In this document: positions 63,534-64,000 of the stretch, in pieces
How positions within the stretch are numbered: position 1 is the first letter of the stretch
Layout: each line of letters starts with the position of its first letter
Assembly: GCF_004010195.1 (NCBI RefSeq)
Contig: NC_057718.1
Span: 82,052,711-82,116,710 of the forward strand
Direction: 5' to 3'
Source of the DNA: Chiloscyllium plagiosum
Lineage: Eukaryota
Length of the DNA stretch: 64,000 nt
Program-made: the position numbers and the translations under genes
Notes under the pieces: model-generated
The model's database searches: none
What the model saw: the letters and a program-made list of their open reading frames with translations, nothing else
Told to the model about the DNA's origin: nothing

Positions 63534-63842
63534 CTGTTAGCTCAGGTATAATTTAAGGCATCTGCATTGTACCCCGCCAAGACCAATGTATTCTTTGGTG
63601 CCCTAAACATAATGCAGTAGTCCTGATAAGGTCAGACCAAAGTTTTACAGAACTGAAGAGCACTTAAGGAACAGGTACTGCGTGTCCTTGGATAAGCATG
63701 TACCCAGCAGGCAGGGTGGAAGTGGTCGAGCAAGGGAGCCATGGTTTACTAAAGAATTTGAATCTCTTGACAAGAGGAAGAAGCAGGCTTATGTTATGCT
63801 GAGGTGTGAAGGCTAAGTTAGGGGCTTGAGAGTTACAAGTTA

Positions 63843-64000
63843 GGGGAAAGTGAGGACTGCAGATGCTGGAGGTTAGAGTCGAGAGTGTCGTGCTAGAAAA
63901 GCACAGCAGGTCAGGCAGCATCCGAGGAGCAGGAGAATCGACATTTCAGGCATAAGCCATTCATCAGGAATGGGGCTTGGGGCCCAGGGGGGCTGAGAGA
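63843..64000 (-). mobile_element. PLE 3' terminal repeat running off the window
   Basis: Same terminus (GAAAGTGAGGACTGCAGATGCTGGAG) and decayed hammerhead as 52483-52692. Confidence 0.85.

Overview
Eukaryotic, AT-rich, repeat-dense vertebrate DNA, most likely from a shark or other cartilaginous fish (inferred from HE1-type and SacSINE/DeuSINE-type SINEs, CR1 and Penelope-like elements). The window lies inside one + strand gene, DZANK1. I can build 12 phase-consistent internal coding exons between 1254 and 62542, covering the double zinc-ribbon region and the conserved middle domain. The start codon and the ankyrin-repeat exons lie outside the window, one short exon between 1353 and 5633 is unresolved, and one intron uses a GC donor. 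The introns are filled with CR1, L2, Rex1/Babar, Gypsy, SINE, Tc1/mariner-MITE and Penelope-like element (PLE) remnants, plus a 494-nt assembly gap. The most notable structure is a recurring class of PLE-derived fold-back insertions (0.17-2.3 kb). Most have 10-16 bp target-site duplications, and they carry minimal hammerhead-ribozyme motifs (CUGANGA...GAAA). In the short members the hairpin apex falls on the ribozyme itself. An antisense, degenerate histone H2B copy also sits in the 25-kb intron. Homology statements come from remembered family sequences; no database search was run.
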